From contig OY740783.1 in the NCBI GenBank assembly GCA_963514005.1, positions 104,284,001-104,348,000 on the forward strand: a DNA stretch of 64,000 nt, written 5' to 3'. The notes below the pieces were generated by a model. The model saw only the letters and a list, made by a program, of their open reading frames with translations. It made no database searches and had not been told where the DNA came from. This DNA is from Raja brachyura (lineage: Eukaryota). Both the position numbers and the translations under genes were made by a program. Positions 11,402 through 24,517 of the stretch are shown one piece after another. Position 1 is the first letter of the stretch. Every line of letters starts with the position of its first letter.

Positions 11402-12960
11402 TACATAGATACATAGACAATAGCTGCAGGAATAAGCCATTTGGCCCTTTAAGCCAGCATCGCCATTCAATGTGATCATGGCTAATAGAAACATAGAAAA
11501 TAGGTGCAGGAGGAGGCCATTTGGCCCTTTGATCCCGCACCGCCATTCATTGTGATCATGGCTGATCATCCCCAATCAATAACCTGTGCCTGCCTTCTCC
11601 CCACATCCCCTGATTCCACTCGCCCCCAAGAGCTCTATCTAACTGTGTCTGAAATCCATCCAGTGATTTGGCGCCCACTGCCCTCTGTGGCAGGGAATTC
11701 CACAAATTCACAACTCTCTGGGTGAAACGTTTTTTCTCAGCTCAGTCTTAAATGGCCTCGCCTTTATTCTAAGACTGTGGCCCCTGGTTCTGGACTCACC
11801 CAACATTGGGACCATTTTTCCTGCATCTAGCTTGTCCAGTCCTTTTATAATTTTGTATGTTTCTATAAGATTCCCCCTCATCCTTCTAAACTCTAGTGAA
11901 TACAAGCCTAGTCTTTTCAATCTTTCCTCGTATGACAGTCCCGACATCCCAGGGATCAATCTTGTGAACCTACGCTGCACTGCCGCATTCACAAGGATGT
12001 CCTTCCTCAAATTAGGAGACCAAAACTGTACACAATACTCCAGATGTGGTCTTACCAGAGTGCTATACAACTACAGAAGAACCTCTTTACTCCTATGTTG
12101 AAATCCTCTTGTTATGAAGGACAACATTCCTTGAAGGACTTCACTGCCTGCTGTACCTTCACGCCAACTTTCAGTGACTTGTGTACAAGGACACCCAGGT
12201 CTCTCTGTACCTCCCACTTACCTAACCTAACCCCGTTGAGATAATAATCTGCCCCCTTCATTTTGCCACCAAAGTGGATAACCTCACATTTATCTATCTT
12301 ATACTGCATCTGCCATGCATCTGCCCATTCATTCAACCTGTCCAGATCACCCTGCAACCTCCTAACATCCTCTTCACAGTTCACACTGCCACCCAGCTTT
12401 GTGTCATCAATTATTACTAGAGCCACCTCCCTGAGGACTCTGGGATGCAGACCATCAGGCCCAGGGGATTTATCATCCTTCAGTCCCATTAGCCTACCCA
12501 ATACTATTTCTCGCCTAATGAAAATTTATTTCTGTTCCTCTACCCCCTTAGATCCTCTGTCTTCCAGTACTTCTGGGAGATTGTTTGTGTCTTCCTTAGT
12601 GAAGACAGATCCAAAGTACCTGTTCAACTCTCCTGTCATTTCCTTGTTCCCCATAGTAATTTCACCCGTGTCTGCCTTCAAGGGACCCACATTTGGCTTT
12701 GCTACTCTTTTTCCCTTAACATATCTAAATAAGCTTTTACTGTCCTTCTTTATATCCCTGGCCAGCTTCCCCTCATACTTCTTCTTTTCAGCCCATATTG
12801 CCTGTTTTGTTTCCTTCTGTTATCCTATGAAAGTTTCCTAATCCACTGGCTTCCGGCTACTCTTTGCTGTGTTATACATCTTTTCTTTAAGTTTTATTCT
12901 ATCCCTAACTTCTCTTGTCAGCCACAGTTGCCTCCCCTTAGAATCTTTCTTCCTTTTTGG
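11402..12960 (-). mobile_element. CR1 LINE with internal deletion, preceded by an extra 3' tail
   Basis: YSTLVRPHLEYCVQFWSP and DDTKLGG; KSPGPDGLHPRVLRE is joined directly to IDDTKLGG near 12410, indicating an RT core deletion. Confidence 0.92.
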
Positions 12961-12964
12961 ATTA

Positions 12965-14325
12965 TGCCCAGACCATCCACAATCAGTATCCCGTTTCTGC
13001 CTTCGCCCCATACCCTGCTAGCCCTAAGAGCTCTATCTAACTCTCTTTTGAATGCACCCAGTGAATCGGCCTCCACTGCCTTCTGAGGCAGAGAATTCCA
13101 CAAATTCACAACTCACTATGTGAATAGGTTTTTCCTCATCCCAGATCTAAATGGCCTACCACTTATTCTTAAACTGTGGCTCCTGGTTCTGGACTCCCCA
13201 AACATCCGGAACATGCTTCCTGCAAAGAGCGTGTCCAATCCCTTAATAATTTTATATGTTTCTATAAGAAACCCTCTCCTCCTTCTAAATTCCAGTGAAT
13301 ACAACCCAGTCGATCCATTCTTTCATAATATGGGAATATCTTTCATCCCGGGAATTAATCTTGTGATCCTACGCTACACTCCCTCAATAGCAAGAATGTC
13401 TGTCCTACCTCAATTAGGAGACCAAAACCGTACACAATACTCCAGGTGTGGTCTCACCAGGGCCCTGTATAACTGCAGAAGGACCTATTTACTCCTATAC
13501 TCAACTCCTCTCATTATGAAGGACAACATGCCATTAGCCTTCTCACTGCCTGTTGTACCTGTATGCTTACTTTCAGTGACTGATGTACTAGGACACACAG
13601 GTCTCATTGCACTTCCTAACCTGACACAATTCAGATAATAACCGCTCTTGCCTCGAAAGTGGATAACCTCACATTTATCCACATTATACTGCATCTGCCA
13701 TGCATCTGCCCACTCACCAAACCTGTCCAAGTCACTCTGCACCCTCATAGCATCCTCTTCACTGTTCACACTGCGCCCAGCTTGGTGTCACCAGCAAATT
13801 TGCTAATGTTACTTTTAATTCCTTCATCTAAATCATTAATGTAAACTGTAAATGGCTGCGGTACCAGCACCGAGCCTTGCGTCACCCCACTAGTCACTGT
13901 CTGCCATTCTAAAAGGGACCCGTTAATCCCTACTCTTTTTTTCCTGTCTGTTAACCAATTGTCTATCCATGTCAATACCCTACCCCAATACCATGTGCTC
14001 TAATTTTGCCCACTAATCTCCTGTGTGGGACCTTATCAAAGGCTTTCTGAAAATCCAGGTACACTACATCCACTGGGTCTCCCTTGTCCATTTTCCTAGT
14101 TACATCCTCAAAAAATTCCAGCAGATTTATCAAGCATGATTTCCCTTTGTAAATCCATGCTGACTTGGACCTATCCTGTTGCTGCTATCCAAATGCGCCG
14201 CTATTACATCTTTAATAATCGACTCCAGCATCTTTCCCACCACCGATGTCAGGCTAACTGGTCTATAATTCCCTGTTTTCTCTCTCCATCCGTTCTTGAA
14301 AATTGAAATAACATTAGCTATGCTC
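12965..14325 (-). mobile_element. Second CR1 LINE copy (RT core and 3' end), head-to-tail with the previous copy
   Basis: NYRPVSLTS, DFQKAFDKVPH, SGVTQGSVL, KFAGDTKLG, with frameshifts. Confidence 0.92.
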
Positions 14326-16129
14326 TAACTAACCATGTGTACTTCGCACATGACTGCATGTTGAGTTACCTTCCATTGCTGTGATTAAAGAAAAGTAAAG
14401 AAAGCCAACTGTAGCCTGATATTTACCCATAGCTCAGAGTGACTGGAGTAATCAAAGGCACAAACGTAGGACTAAATTTGTATTTTGCACTTGAGTATTA
14501 TCTTCTTATTGCTGTGGTAGCATCTTTTAATTGACATTATCATCCTCAATTAATTAAAGATTTACGGACTCCAAATAAGATCAATACAAATCAGTAGACA
14601 GGGTCAGATTATCAGTCAAAACTCTGCTAATAGGTTTTTGTTTTAACCTTCTCTCAGTATGGTGTGGGGGAAGGATGCCCTGTTGCCCTATCTGGCAACA
14701 TGGTGAGAGGAGTTGATTGTAGCAGGGGAAAGGTTTGTAAACTTGTCTGAATTAAGGGCTAATGTTTGCCATGAATATCCACCCCATAATGTCATTAAAA
14801 AAGACGAAATCCACCCTAATCAAAAATCTCACTTACATCCTACCACCCCCCCCCCCCCCCCCCCCCCCACCCTTACTCTTCCATTAGCATCCCTGATCCT
14901 TTATTCCCTTCATATCCCATGTGCAAATTCTCAGCTGCTCTTTGTCACTAAAATCAAATGGGCATTTAAGAGCTTGCCTTCCCAAACTCTCTCCTACCGA
15001 CTTCACAGCTTCCTGAATTTGGCTGTGTCAAAGTGTTTGAAGTTTGGTTTTGAGGGAGTTTAGTTTCTGAAGTTGAAGATGTTAATTTCAGCTGCAACAT
15101 ATTTTGTTATTTTATGATTCAAGCCAGTCAGTCCATCTGCACATTGATTCCCATTATTCCCAGCATTCCCAGCATTCTACTTATTGTCCCGCACATGCTC
15201 CTCAACTCCCCCTAATTCTTACACCATTCACTTTCTCCAAGGACAATGTACACTAGCCCATTAAACTTCCAGTGTGTCTTTGGGATGTTTGAGTAAACTC
15301 GACGCTCCAGGGCAAACCCACATGGCATCACTCCGCTGCCGCAAAACAAGTATGTCTGGAAGAAAGTTCAATGATTCTCAGTCATTCATGTTCAATTCGT
15401 GCCGAAGAATGGCCCAAATCGCTTTCACTACTTGTAGATGTGAAAATCAATGGAGCACACGTTCAGTTGCATTGATTAAAACTGGATGGATGTGTGAACA
15501 TTGCATCTCATCTGCAATCAAGTAGTGATTCCATATCATTATGATTCAGATGATAAATTAGACTGATCTAAACATCCGAGGTTCAGCGGTGGTGGGGCAG
15601 CAGGATTAGTATACAGTGATGTTAATGTTTCATGTTCAAGGGATCGGATTGCATTTTGTAGCACTGTCTGTGTGGAGTTTGTGCGTTCTTCACGCCCTGG
15701 CTCTGCCGTATGTGGCAGCGCTGGTGGCAGCTGCAGAAGGTGAGGGGGAAAGCTGTTCTGTGAATGGACCGTGTTCTCAGATAACGCCCAAAAGTTCCGC
15801 GATGGACTTGGAAAGTTGGACATAATGACCTTGTCGAAAGAAGCAGAGAGATGACAGCTAGAGGTAATGAATGGTGCGTTTGTGGTGATCTAGAGGCATG
15901 ATGCTGGTGGAGGCGGAGGCGGCCTTAAGAGCCCAACAGCAGCTGGGTGAACGAGTGAATAGCGCACAGCCTACTGTGGATACATGGAGCGGTGGTGGAA
16001 GGACACAAAGGCATCACATTGGGTCAGGTGGATCAGTACTTCATTGATACAGTGCCACCAGGACAGTGGGTCACAATGTGAGAAATATACTTACTTCTAA
16101 AGGAAGAACACTGATGTGCCTTCTTGTGC

Positions 16130-16735
16130 ATGGTAACTTCAGTCACCAAAGCAGACATCAGAAGATCCTTCAGGTGGGAGAACCCTTGGAAGGTATTCAA
16201 CCCTGATGAACCTGGCCATGTTCTTAAAACCTGCGCAAACCTACTGGATAATGTAATTGCAGCCATCTTTAACCTATCCTTACAAAGGTCCGAGGTTCCC
16301 ATGTGCTTTAAAAGGGCATCAATAATACTGATGCCCAAGAAGACTAAGATGACATGCCTCCATGACCTCCGATGGCATTAATGTCTGTGGTGAGGAAATG
16401 CTTTGAACTCCTTTGAACTCCTACTTTGGCAAGGATCTGGACCCATTACTATTTGGCTACCTCCACAGAACTGGGTCTCCGCTCATCCCTATACAACTGA
16501 ATCCTTGAATTCCTCATCAGTACACCATAATCAGCATGAATTGGCAACAACATTGCCTCCTCCCTAACCATCAGCACAAGAGCACATCATGGCTATGTGT
16601 TCAGTCCCCTCCTCTGCTCACTCTATACCCATGATTATGTAACCACAGTGCCAATGCCACATACAATTTCACCAACATTGCAACCATTGTTGGATGAATA
16701 ACAGGTTATGATGAATTCAGTATAGGAGGAATGCT
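16130..16735 (+). mobile_element. Rex1/Babar-type non-LTR RT fragment
   Basis: VLKTCANLL..IFNLSLQRSEVPMCFKRASII.MPKK..CLHD, and SPLLCSLYTHDY downstream. Confidence 0.85.
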
Positions 16736-16759
16736 GTCAAAATATACCATGGGACATAG

Positions 16760-17525
16760 ATCAATTACAGGTATGGGCAAAGAAATGGCAGATCACGTTT
16801 AGTCGAAGGAAGTGTGAGGTGTGGCTCTTTGGGAGTTTGAATGTAAGGGGAAAGTCGAGACAATGTCAAGACCCTTAACAGCATTGATGAATGCAGGGAT
16901 CTTAGGGTCCTAGTTCATAGCTCCCTGAAAATGGCAACACAAAAAAAACGCTGTATGGTATGCTTACCTTCATCAATCAGGACATTGAGTATAAGAGTCA
17001 TTATATCATGTTGTAACTGTATAAACATTTGGTTATGCAGTATTTGTAGTATTATGTGCAGTTCTTGTCGCCACATTCCAGGAAGGATGTGGGGGCTTTG
17101 AAGATGGTGCAGAAGAGGTTTACCAGAAGCCTGCCTGATTAGATTGTATTATCGGTACGGATAGATGGGATAAACTTGGATTATTTTATCTGAAGCATCA
17201 GCTGAGGGGGTTGACGTGTATAAAATTATAAGATTGCCATTATTCTGTCAGTACCTTTTTCCCAGGGTAGAAATGTCAAAGATGAGAAGGATTTGTTTTA
17301 AGATCAGGGGAAAAGTTTAAAGATGTGTAGGACATGTTTTTTAGACAGAGTGGTGGATGCTGATAATGCACTGTGAAGGGTGATGGTGGAAGCAGATACA
17401 ATAGTGGTGTTTAACAGGCTTTTAGATTGCCACATGGATATGCAGGGAATGGAGTGATGTGGATCAGATGCAAGCAAAGGGGATCACCTCACCGAAGGAT
17501 CTGTTCCAATGCTGCACTGTTCTAT
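16760..17525 (+). mobile_element. Degraded CR1 3' region
   Basis: KCEV..FG, RDLRVLVHSSLK and QKRFTR remnants plus 3' UTR. Confidence 0.75.
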
Positions 17526-19496
17526 GTAGTGTGGAAAAGCGGAAGGAACCTCTGGAGCTTTCGAATTTCTTTCAACCTTAAATCCTCATAATGGCCCTAA
17601 AGAAAATCTGTTGGGTAGTCAGATCCACACCACCCGATGTTTGAAAGCAGCAGGCACAGAAGAGGAAATCAATAATGGTCACAGCAGTGGTAGAAGATGG
17701 GAAATGAGATAGATGGGACTTTGCCATCTATCCAAACATTTACGTATGTTGATTTGTGTCAAATATTGTCTAATAATCTTGGGAAGCAATTGAGGAGGGA
17801 CGTTTTTACGAGTTTCACGGCTCTATTTAATTGCAAGTTCTAGCAGTATTGTAGGATGTGGTCAGAATTGGAACTGGGCTTCCGAATCTCTCATTCTTTT
17901 GCATTACCTTCTCCAAACGTACCTGGAGCTGTAAGCAAGTCACAAATTTCCCTCTTAAGAACAATAATTGAGCAGAGTCAGCAGTTCTGAAAAGCCAGCA
18001 GGGCACACGGAATCACTCATTCCAGAGAGCAGAGCTAAAATAGTCTCTGGTCAGGTCAGAGAAACACAAAGGCTCTCCTGAAGAAGTCATGTTGTACAGA
18101 ATACCTTCCATGTACATAGTGCTAGTTGTTACCCTTTGGTAAACTTAGAATCATTGAAACAAACTAAGACAATTTTAATAAGCATTTCATACTCTCCTGT
18201 TTTTTTGCACTTACAAATCCAAGTCCATTTACAATTTGCCATAAATCAAATCTGTCATGAATCAACATAATCATAGTTTCAAAATGTTAATTAATTAAAA
18301 GTACATTTCTTCTACATCCTGGTGTAATTTGGGTAAAGGAGATAAAAAATATGTTAAAACACAGGATAACGTTTTTAAAGCCCCATGTTAGGCAATACCT
18401 TGGTGGAACCAAATTTTAATGTAGGGCACATGGCCCTTTACAATAAAGTGCAGACATTTTTTTTTAGCTCAGAGTCCATTGTTGGGGGAATGGTTCTTTT
18501 TTTTTAAACAAATGTATCATTCAAAACATTTTAAGACAATAGACATGATATTTTTGTGCACAGAAGATTCAGTTTTGAACCTCTTTAAGATAATCCATAT
18601 GCGCTCATTTAATAACTGCCATGCTGATTAACCCACTAGAGGATGTTACCAGTTTTGTGGCAGTGCAATATTTGCCACAATTTATTTAAAGCTAGAGCAA
18701 ATAAACTCAGTATGTAGAGCTGCATATAACACCCAACAGAATATTTGGCACCAATTGTGCTGATATAAATCTAACTGCACCGAGCAAAAACCCTGTGCCA
18801 TCCGGTGAGCTTCAAGCCACACTATAATAGAAAATGGCAAAGCAATGAAGTTGAATCCACAACCTCAACCTGGACAGCTCACTAGCAGCTGCCCAAGTGC
18901 TAGGCTTAAGCTTAGTATAAGGAATGAATGAATAAATGAATGAATGATACTTTAATGGCACAATGTAACATCACAATGATATTCTTTGATTTGCACACCC
19001 AAGATATGCAGAGTTGCCACATAAAGGTGCCGACAAAGTTACTACGTATATTGGGCAGGGTCCTCCTTTGTTCTCCCCCCACACACACCTACGGTGGCAC
19101 AGTAGAGTTGCTGCCTTCAGAGGCCGTACCACAGCGGTGACCTAATCTGCGAGTTATGAAGAGTGCCTTCGACCGTCAAGCTCGAGGGTTCCAAGCTCAC
19201 CTGGAACACCTAGAGCTGGATCGACCGTCCACGTTGAAACCGCGAGCCGGATCAACTGACCGCACACACACACACACAAACACATCGCAAAGGCGGGTGC
19301 CAGGGAAAGTGGGGGAGCGCTGTCTGAAATTCACACCCACGATGAAGAGGAAGGTAAATGGCTGCCAGTGTACGGTAAGTCCTTTGGAGAGCGTGGGGGT
19401 GGGAGAGAGGGGGGAGAGAGGGGGAGAGAGGGGGAGAGAAGGGGGGGGGAAAGGGGGGGGAGAAGGTGGGAGGAGTGGAGACACGTTTAAGAAGTA

Positions 19497-20618
19497 CTAG
19501 ACTGAGTGGGTCCCAGCTTCACACGGGAGGGCTGGTCCCCCAACGCAATATTCCATCTCTCGACCAATTCCAATATTGCTGGCCAGTGGGTGGGGGGGGT
19601 GGGCTTTCTGGAGTGCTGGCATGGTGTTGTGGGCTAAAGAGACTGGTTTCCTGGGCCAAATGGATTCTTGGGCTGGCTGAGACCACTCACACACTCACTC
19701 ACTCACTCACGCACACACACTCCCACCAACACACACTCCCACCAACACACACTCCCACCAACACACACTCCCACCAACACACACTCCCACCAACACACAC
19801 TCCCACTCACACACACTCCCACTCACACTTACAAACATACACAGACACAGACACAGACACAGACACACACTCACAAATAGATACACACGCACTCACTGAC
19901 TCATACTATATGGCAGTAAACTTCCTGGAATACTCACACGGCTGAGCACGGCCTCTCTACTTTGGGGCTTCGGCAGTCAGCGGCACCTCTGCAATTACCG
20001 GAAATTATGCTAGCAACGCGACCTCTGCACTCACCGGAAATTACACAATAAGCGCAAGATGTCCACTAAGCAGAAGTCATGAAACCAGCGGGACTTTTGA
20101 ACCAAACACAGTCGGACCAAATATCGAATGTATTCCTTCCAAACACAGTCGGACCTAATAAAGCATTGCAGTTTCAAGCACAGGCAGGTCAGCAGGCCAA
20201 ACAACTTATGGCATTGTCATTAAGGTCTAACAAATCATTTATTACAAGTATATTGCAGACTCACAGTTCAGTTGATTCACAGCTTTGAATGGGAGTCGTG
20301 GCCTCTCCGTTGTGATCTTGCAGAGTGACTGAGTCACGTCCGGGCAACCGGGATTTTATAGTCCTACCCCCCCCCCCCCCCGGAAGGGACGTTACCTTCA
20401 TCGTGGCGATTGACAGGTGAGGGGATCTCAAGGTTTTTTTAAACACTCATAACTTTTTTATTTTTCATCTATGCAAAAAATCCTTGGGGGCCTGCTAAGC
20501 GGAGGAGGACTGTGAGTATGATGGCCAAAAATCATAGCGATATATGGTAGCTTTTTTTCTAAAATCAATATACAGCGCAGACAGGAAGTGGTCAAGATGA
20601 GACTTTTAATTATATAGA
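19497..20618 (-). mobile_element. Non-autonomous Helitron, copy 1
   Basis: Minus strand starts A|TCTATATAATTAAAAG and ends CTAG|T, with GC-rich hairpin-forming sequence near the 3' end. Inserted at an AT dinucleotide with no TSD. Termini are homologous to 26743-28580. Confidence 0.85.
19686..19895 (+). repeat. CA-rich tandem repeats, including a 16-bp unit CACACACTCCCACCAA, inside Helitron copy 1
   Basis: About 5 exact 16-mers plus (CACT)n and (CACAGA)n. Confidence 0.9.
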
Positions 20619-21817
20619 TAATAAAGTTTTGCACGGATTTTACCTACCGGTCAGTTTTCCCTGGTCCTGAAAACTCCAATGAGCCAATTAAAATGCCCAG
20701 TCAGCGAAGGAGAATGCCTATGGCTGTGCCTGTACCTAAATAGCAACCCCACTGCACTACGAGTCAAAAAGAACCATGCCGACCAAATTTTACTTGTGGA
20801 AAATTTTTCAACAGTTGAACATTTTTCAGCGACCTAGCTGAGGCCACGGTTATTCGGGAACTTCCCTCGAGCATGAAGGAGAGTTCCAGTGACCTCATAG
20901 GACCTCCTAGGACCTTGTGTTGACCATGCTGCAAGTTTGAGTTGAGGGCAAACTCATCTAAACTCACACATTAGGTCGCTGCAGTGGGACAGGCCCTTTA
21001 CAGAGACCCAGGTTCGATCCTGACTGCAGTTGCTCTGTGTATGGAGTTTGTCCCTTCTCCCTGTGACATCTGTGGGTTTTCTCCAGGAGCTCCATTTTCT
21101 CCTGCCCTCCAACGACATGCAGGTTTGTAGGTTAATTGGCATGGAAAAATTGTAAATTGTCGCTAGAGTGTGTGTTGGATAGGGTTAGTTTGTGGGGAGC
21201 ACTGGTGGGCTGCAGGCTCTTTGGGCCAAATGACCTGCTCCAGCATTGTATCTCCAAATGAAGAAACAGTACATTTTTTTAATGAAGGACTATTGTAATT
21301 TAAAAAATAATAATTTAGCATATACACCATTCAAACTGTTCCGTCCCAAGTGATTTGCAACCAGCAACAAATGCTAACATCACACTAACTGATTTGGAAC
21401 AAAATGCTGACAATATAGAAAGAGGTTTTGCTCCAGTAATAGGAATTCCAGAAAATGCTTGGGTCAGAAAGAGAATAAAGTAGTTCAGATTTCAGTCCTT
21501 GGGTAGAATTAAAAATAGAACTTTTTCTTGAATGAATGACTCCCTCTCATTAGTTATTTAAAATAAAGCAGCATGATTCCCAAAGTGTTACATAATAAAA
21601 ACACCTGATATTTTCTCATTACGGAAATGAAATGGGAAGCAGTATGTTTCAACGTATATTCCTTTTATGGTGCTTCCACTATTTGAGGATTCAAAGTTTG
21701 CTTTCTATCATATATGCTCAAAAATATGATGAGCAGTGAATTTCAGAAGTAAGTGACAATGTACATGCCTGATTCAGCCACATGGATGTATCAGATTTCA
21801 TTTCTGAAATAGACTAT

Positions 21818-22045
21818 AGACAATAGATTAGACAATAGGTGCAGGAGTAAGCCATTCGGCCCTTCGAGCCAGCACCGCCATTCACTGTGATCATGGCTGA
21901 TCATTCCCAATCAGTACCCCGCTCCTGCCTTCTCCCCATATCCCTTCACTCCTCTACCTTTATCTATCTAACTCTCTTGATGGCCTCCAAAGAATTGGCC
22001 TTCACTGCCTTCTGAGGCTGAAAATTCCACAGATTAACAACTCTG
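21818..22045 (-). mobile_element. CR1 3' UTR fragment
   Basis: TAGACAATAGGTGCAGGAGTAAGCCATTCGGCCC, the same family as 9994-10320. Confidence 0.8.
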
Positions 22046-22683
22046 TGTCAAAAAGTTTTTCCTAAGTTTTTCCAAAAATATCTACAGTCTTTGACTTTAA
22101 AGCACCGATTTTATGTGGAATACAAAGTGCAAATTATACCAGATCGTGCATATAGCCTATGTGACTAAGGATGAGATTTTCCCTAAAATTTAATTACTGC
22201 ATATCCCAAGTTAAGTCTTCTTGAGAGTGAAGTTTGCAGATTGGCAGGTGGATTTACATTTCCAGCTCCCTGCCAAGAGAAATCAGCATTAAATTGATTG
22301 GTTCTCTTTCATTCTCCTTTCTATACAGATATGTTTAACTCTTCAAAATGTGGCTTCTGAAATATTATAAATTCAGAACTTTATCACAAAAAGACAGGAG
22401 AGATTTTTTTCTCTTGAAAATTTGTGTGAATTCTTCAAGGTGTGCAAGAAATAAGAAATATAGTGAATCGTTGCACAAAATGAAAGAGTGTCATGTATTC
22501 AATATCTCAACAATATTTTAAATAATTTGAATGCAATAATGAGAACTAATTGCTTTTTTCACTGGGGAATTGCTAATGAGTCCAAATGTGAAAGAAATAT
22601 AAATTAACTTAATGGCTCCCTAAATACCCTTCTTTAAAAACTGTATTGCTACTGGAATCAATTAGTTCTCATAATCCTGGGCA

Positions 22684-23311
22684 AGACACAAAACTGGGTG
22701 GCAGTGTGAGTTGAGGGGAGCCCACCCTATGAGGCTGCAGGGTGACTTGGATAGGTTGGGTGAGTGGGCAGATACATGACAGATGCAGTATAATGTGGAT
22801 AAATGTGAGGTTATCCACTTTGGTGGCAAGGACAAGAAGGCAGATTATTATCTGAATGGTGTCAGATTAGGAAAAGTGGAGATGCAACAAGACCTGGGTG
22901 TCCTTGTACATCAGTCACTGAAAGTAGGCATGCAGGCACAGCAGGCAGTGAAGAAAGCAAATCGCATGTTGGCCTTCATAGCAAGAGGATTTGAGTATAG
23001 GATCAAGGAGGTCTTACTGCAGTTGTGCATTCAAATTATTTGAGACTACACCTGGAGTATTGTGTGTAGTTTTGGTCTCCTAATTTGAGGAAGAATATTT
23101 GTGCTATTGAGGGAGTGCAACGTAGGTTCACCAGATTAGTTCCTGGGATGGCGGGGCTGACATATGATGAAACAATGGGTCGACTGGACTTGTATTCACT
23201 GGAATTTAGAAGGGTGAAAGGGGATCTTATAGAATTCTGAAGGGATGGGACAAGCCAGATGCTGGATCGAAGGGCCGAATGACCTACTCCTGCACCTATT
23301 TTCTAAGTTTC
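22684..23311 (+). mobile_element. CR1 RT C-terminal fragment and tail
   Basis: DTKLGGSV, MQYNVDKCEVIHFG, QAVKKANRMLAFI. Confidence 0.9.
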
Positions 23312-23314
23312 TTA

Positions 23315-23927
23315 TGGGCCTGTCCCACTTAGGCAATTTTTCAACGTACTGCCGTCGACTGTCAAGTTGCCAGCAGTTGCCTGAAAAACCTGGAAATGTA
23401 ACGGCGACTGTCAGAGTGGAACACACACAAACACATTGCTTCCTTCACCAGCCCGTGTAACTGTTTTACACAGCATCCCCCCACTTGCCCTGTCTAATAA
23501 ATTCACACGGTGCAAAGCCAAGGTGATACAGACACACACACAACACGATGAACAGGAAAGTTAGCACTGTAAAAACATGGCTAAAGCACAGTGTATGATA
23601 AATACTTTGAAAGAAGGGGGGAGAAGGAGTGGAGACAACTTTTAAGAAGCCAGAGATACACGGCTGTGAAGCTCTGCGGACATTTAACATTACCGGTTGG
23701 TAATTTAACATTACCGGTTGACAACATTTTCAATATGTTGAAAAATTTTAGGCAACAGTGGCGACAATTTTTGGTGTTGTAGGTTGTCGTAGGTTGCGAT
23801 ATGTTGATGTAGGTGTTGTCATAGGTTGTGGGTGCTGTTGTAGGTTGTCACCAGGTGTCGTACGTGAATACCATTAAAATTAGTCCCTGGCAGTCACCTA
23901 AAGAATCGCCAACGTGGGACAGGTCCA
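23315..23927. mobile_element. PIF/Harbinger-type MITE, family A
   Basis: TIRs TGGGCCTGTCCCACTTAGGCAATTTTT / AAAGAATCGCCAACGTGGGACAGGTCCA, with TTA and ATA flanks. Confidence 0.8.
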
Positions 23928-23947
23928 ATAAGGCAGTGTGAATGTTA

Positions 23948-24517
23948 AGAGCCTGTCCCACCAGCATGCAACTCCATGCGATGAGCGCGACCTAACCTGG
24001 TCGCTTGAGCCATCCGGCGTCGCGGGGCCCGTCCCACTTCGATCGCCGGAGCCGTGCGGAATTGTCCCGAGTTCGTCCCGACATTGCGCAGGGCTCCGAA
24101 AAACTGACCATGTTCAAAAATTCCGCGCGGCTTGTCGGCTCGCAGTCGCCTCGACGTATTACACACCGCCTCGACGTCGTGCCTCCGTGAACCTATCTGT
24201 AGGTGCCTCCGTGACCCTCTATGTGTGTAGCTCCGTGGCCCTCTGTGTGTGCCTCTGTGGCCCTCTCTGTGTGCCTCTCTCTGTCCTGGCGAACTTACCT
24301 TTAAGACTTCGCTCCAAGTTCGCCTCACTTTGCACCGCGTTACGCCACTCACCCAACCTCCGCGCGGCCCTCGCTGCCGGTTTGGTCGCGCTTGCCACGT
24401 GCAGGCGCATGCTGTTGGGAACGGCCCTGTACAGGGATCACCTGACCTCCGCGCGGCCCCCACTTCTAGTTTGATCGCGCTCATCGCATGGAGTCGGATG
24501 CTGGTAGGACAGGCCCT
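23948..24517. mobile_element. PIF/Harbinger-type MITE, family B (CpG-rich)
   Basis: TIRs of about 45 bp (AGAGCCTGTCCCACCAGCATGCAACTCCATGCGATGAGCGCGA and its reverse complement), perfect TTA TSD at 23945-47 and 24518-20. Confidence 0.9.

Larger units (their letters stand above)
19119..20997. mobile_element. PIF/Harbinger-type MITE containing a nested Helitron
   Basis: Imperfect TIRs of about 38 bp (AGAGGCCGTACCACAGCGGTGACCTAAT / ATTAGGTCGCTGCAGTGGGACAGGCCCT), with TTC and TTA flanks. Confidence 0.75.
19090..21255 (+). mobile_element. HE1-like SINE split by a nested MITE (SINE parts 19090-19118 and 20998-21255)
   Basis: The head GGTGGCACAGTAGAGTTGCTGCCTT continues as TTACAGAGACCCAGGTTCGATCC after the MITE. 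Confidence 0.8.

Noticed and set aside
12263-12841. 192-aa plus-strand ORF (also 13120-13638)
   Set aside because: Antisense shadow frames of CR1 ORF2.
17920-18080. Minus-strand exon bounded by TTCAG and GTACGT
   Set aside because: All three frames contain stops from the best acceptor, and there is no other support.
23938-24484. Overlapping 178-aa and 179-aa ORFs on both strands
   Set aside because: GC-rich MITE interior; the frames are not preserved in the copy at 37355-37700.
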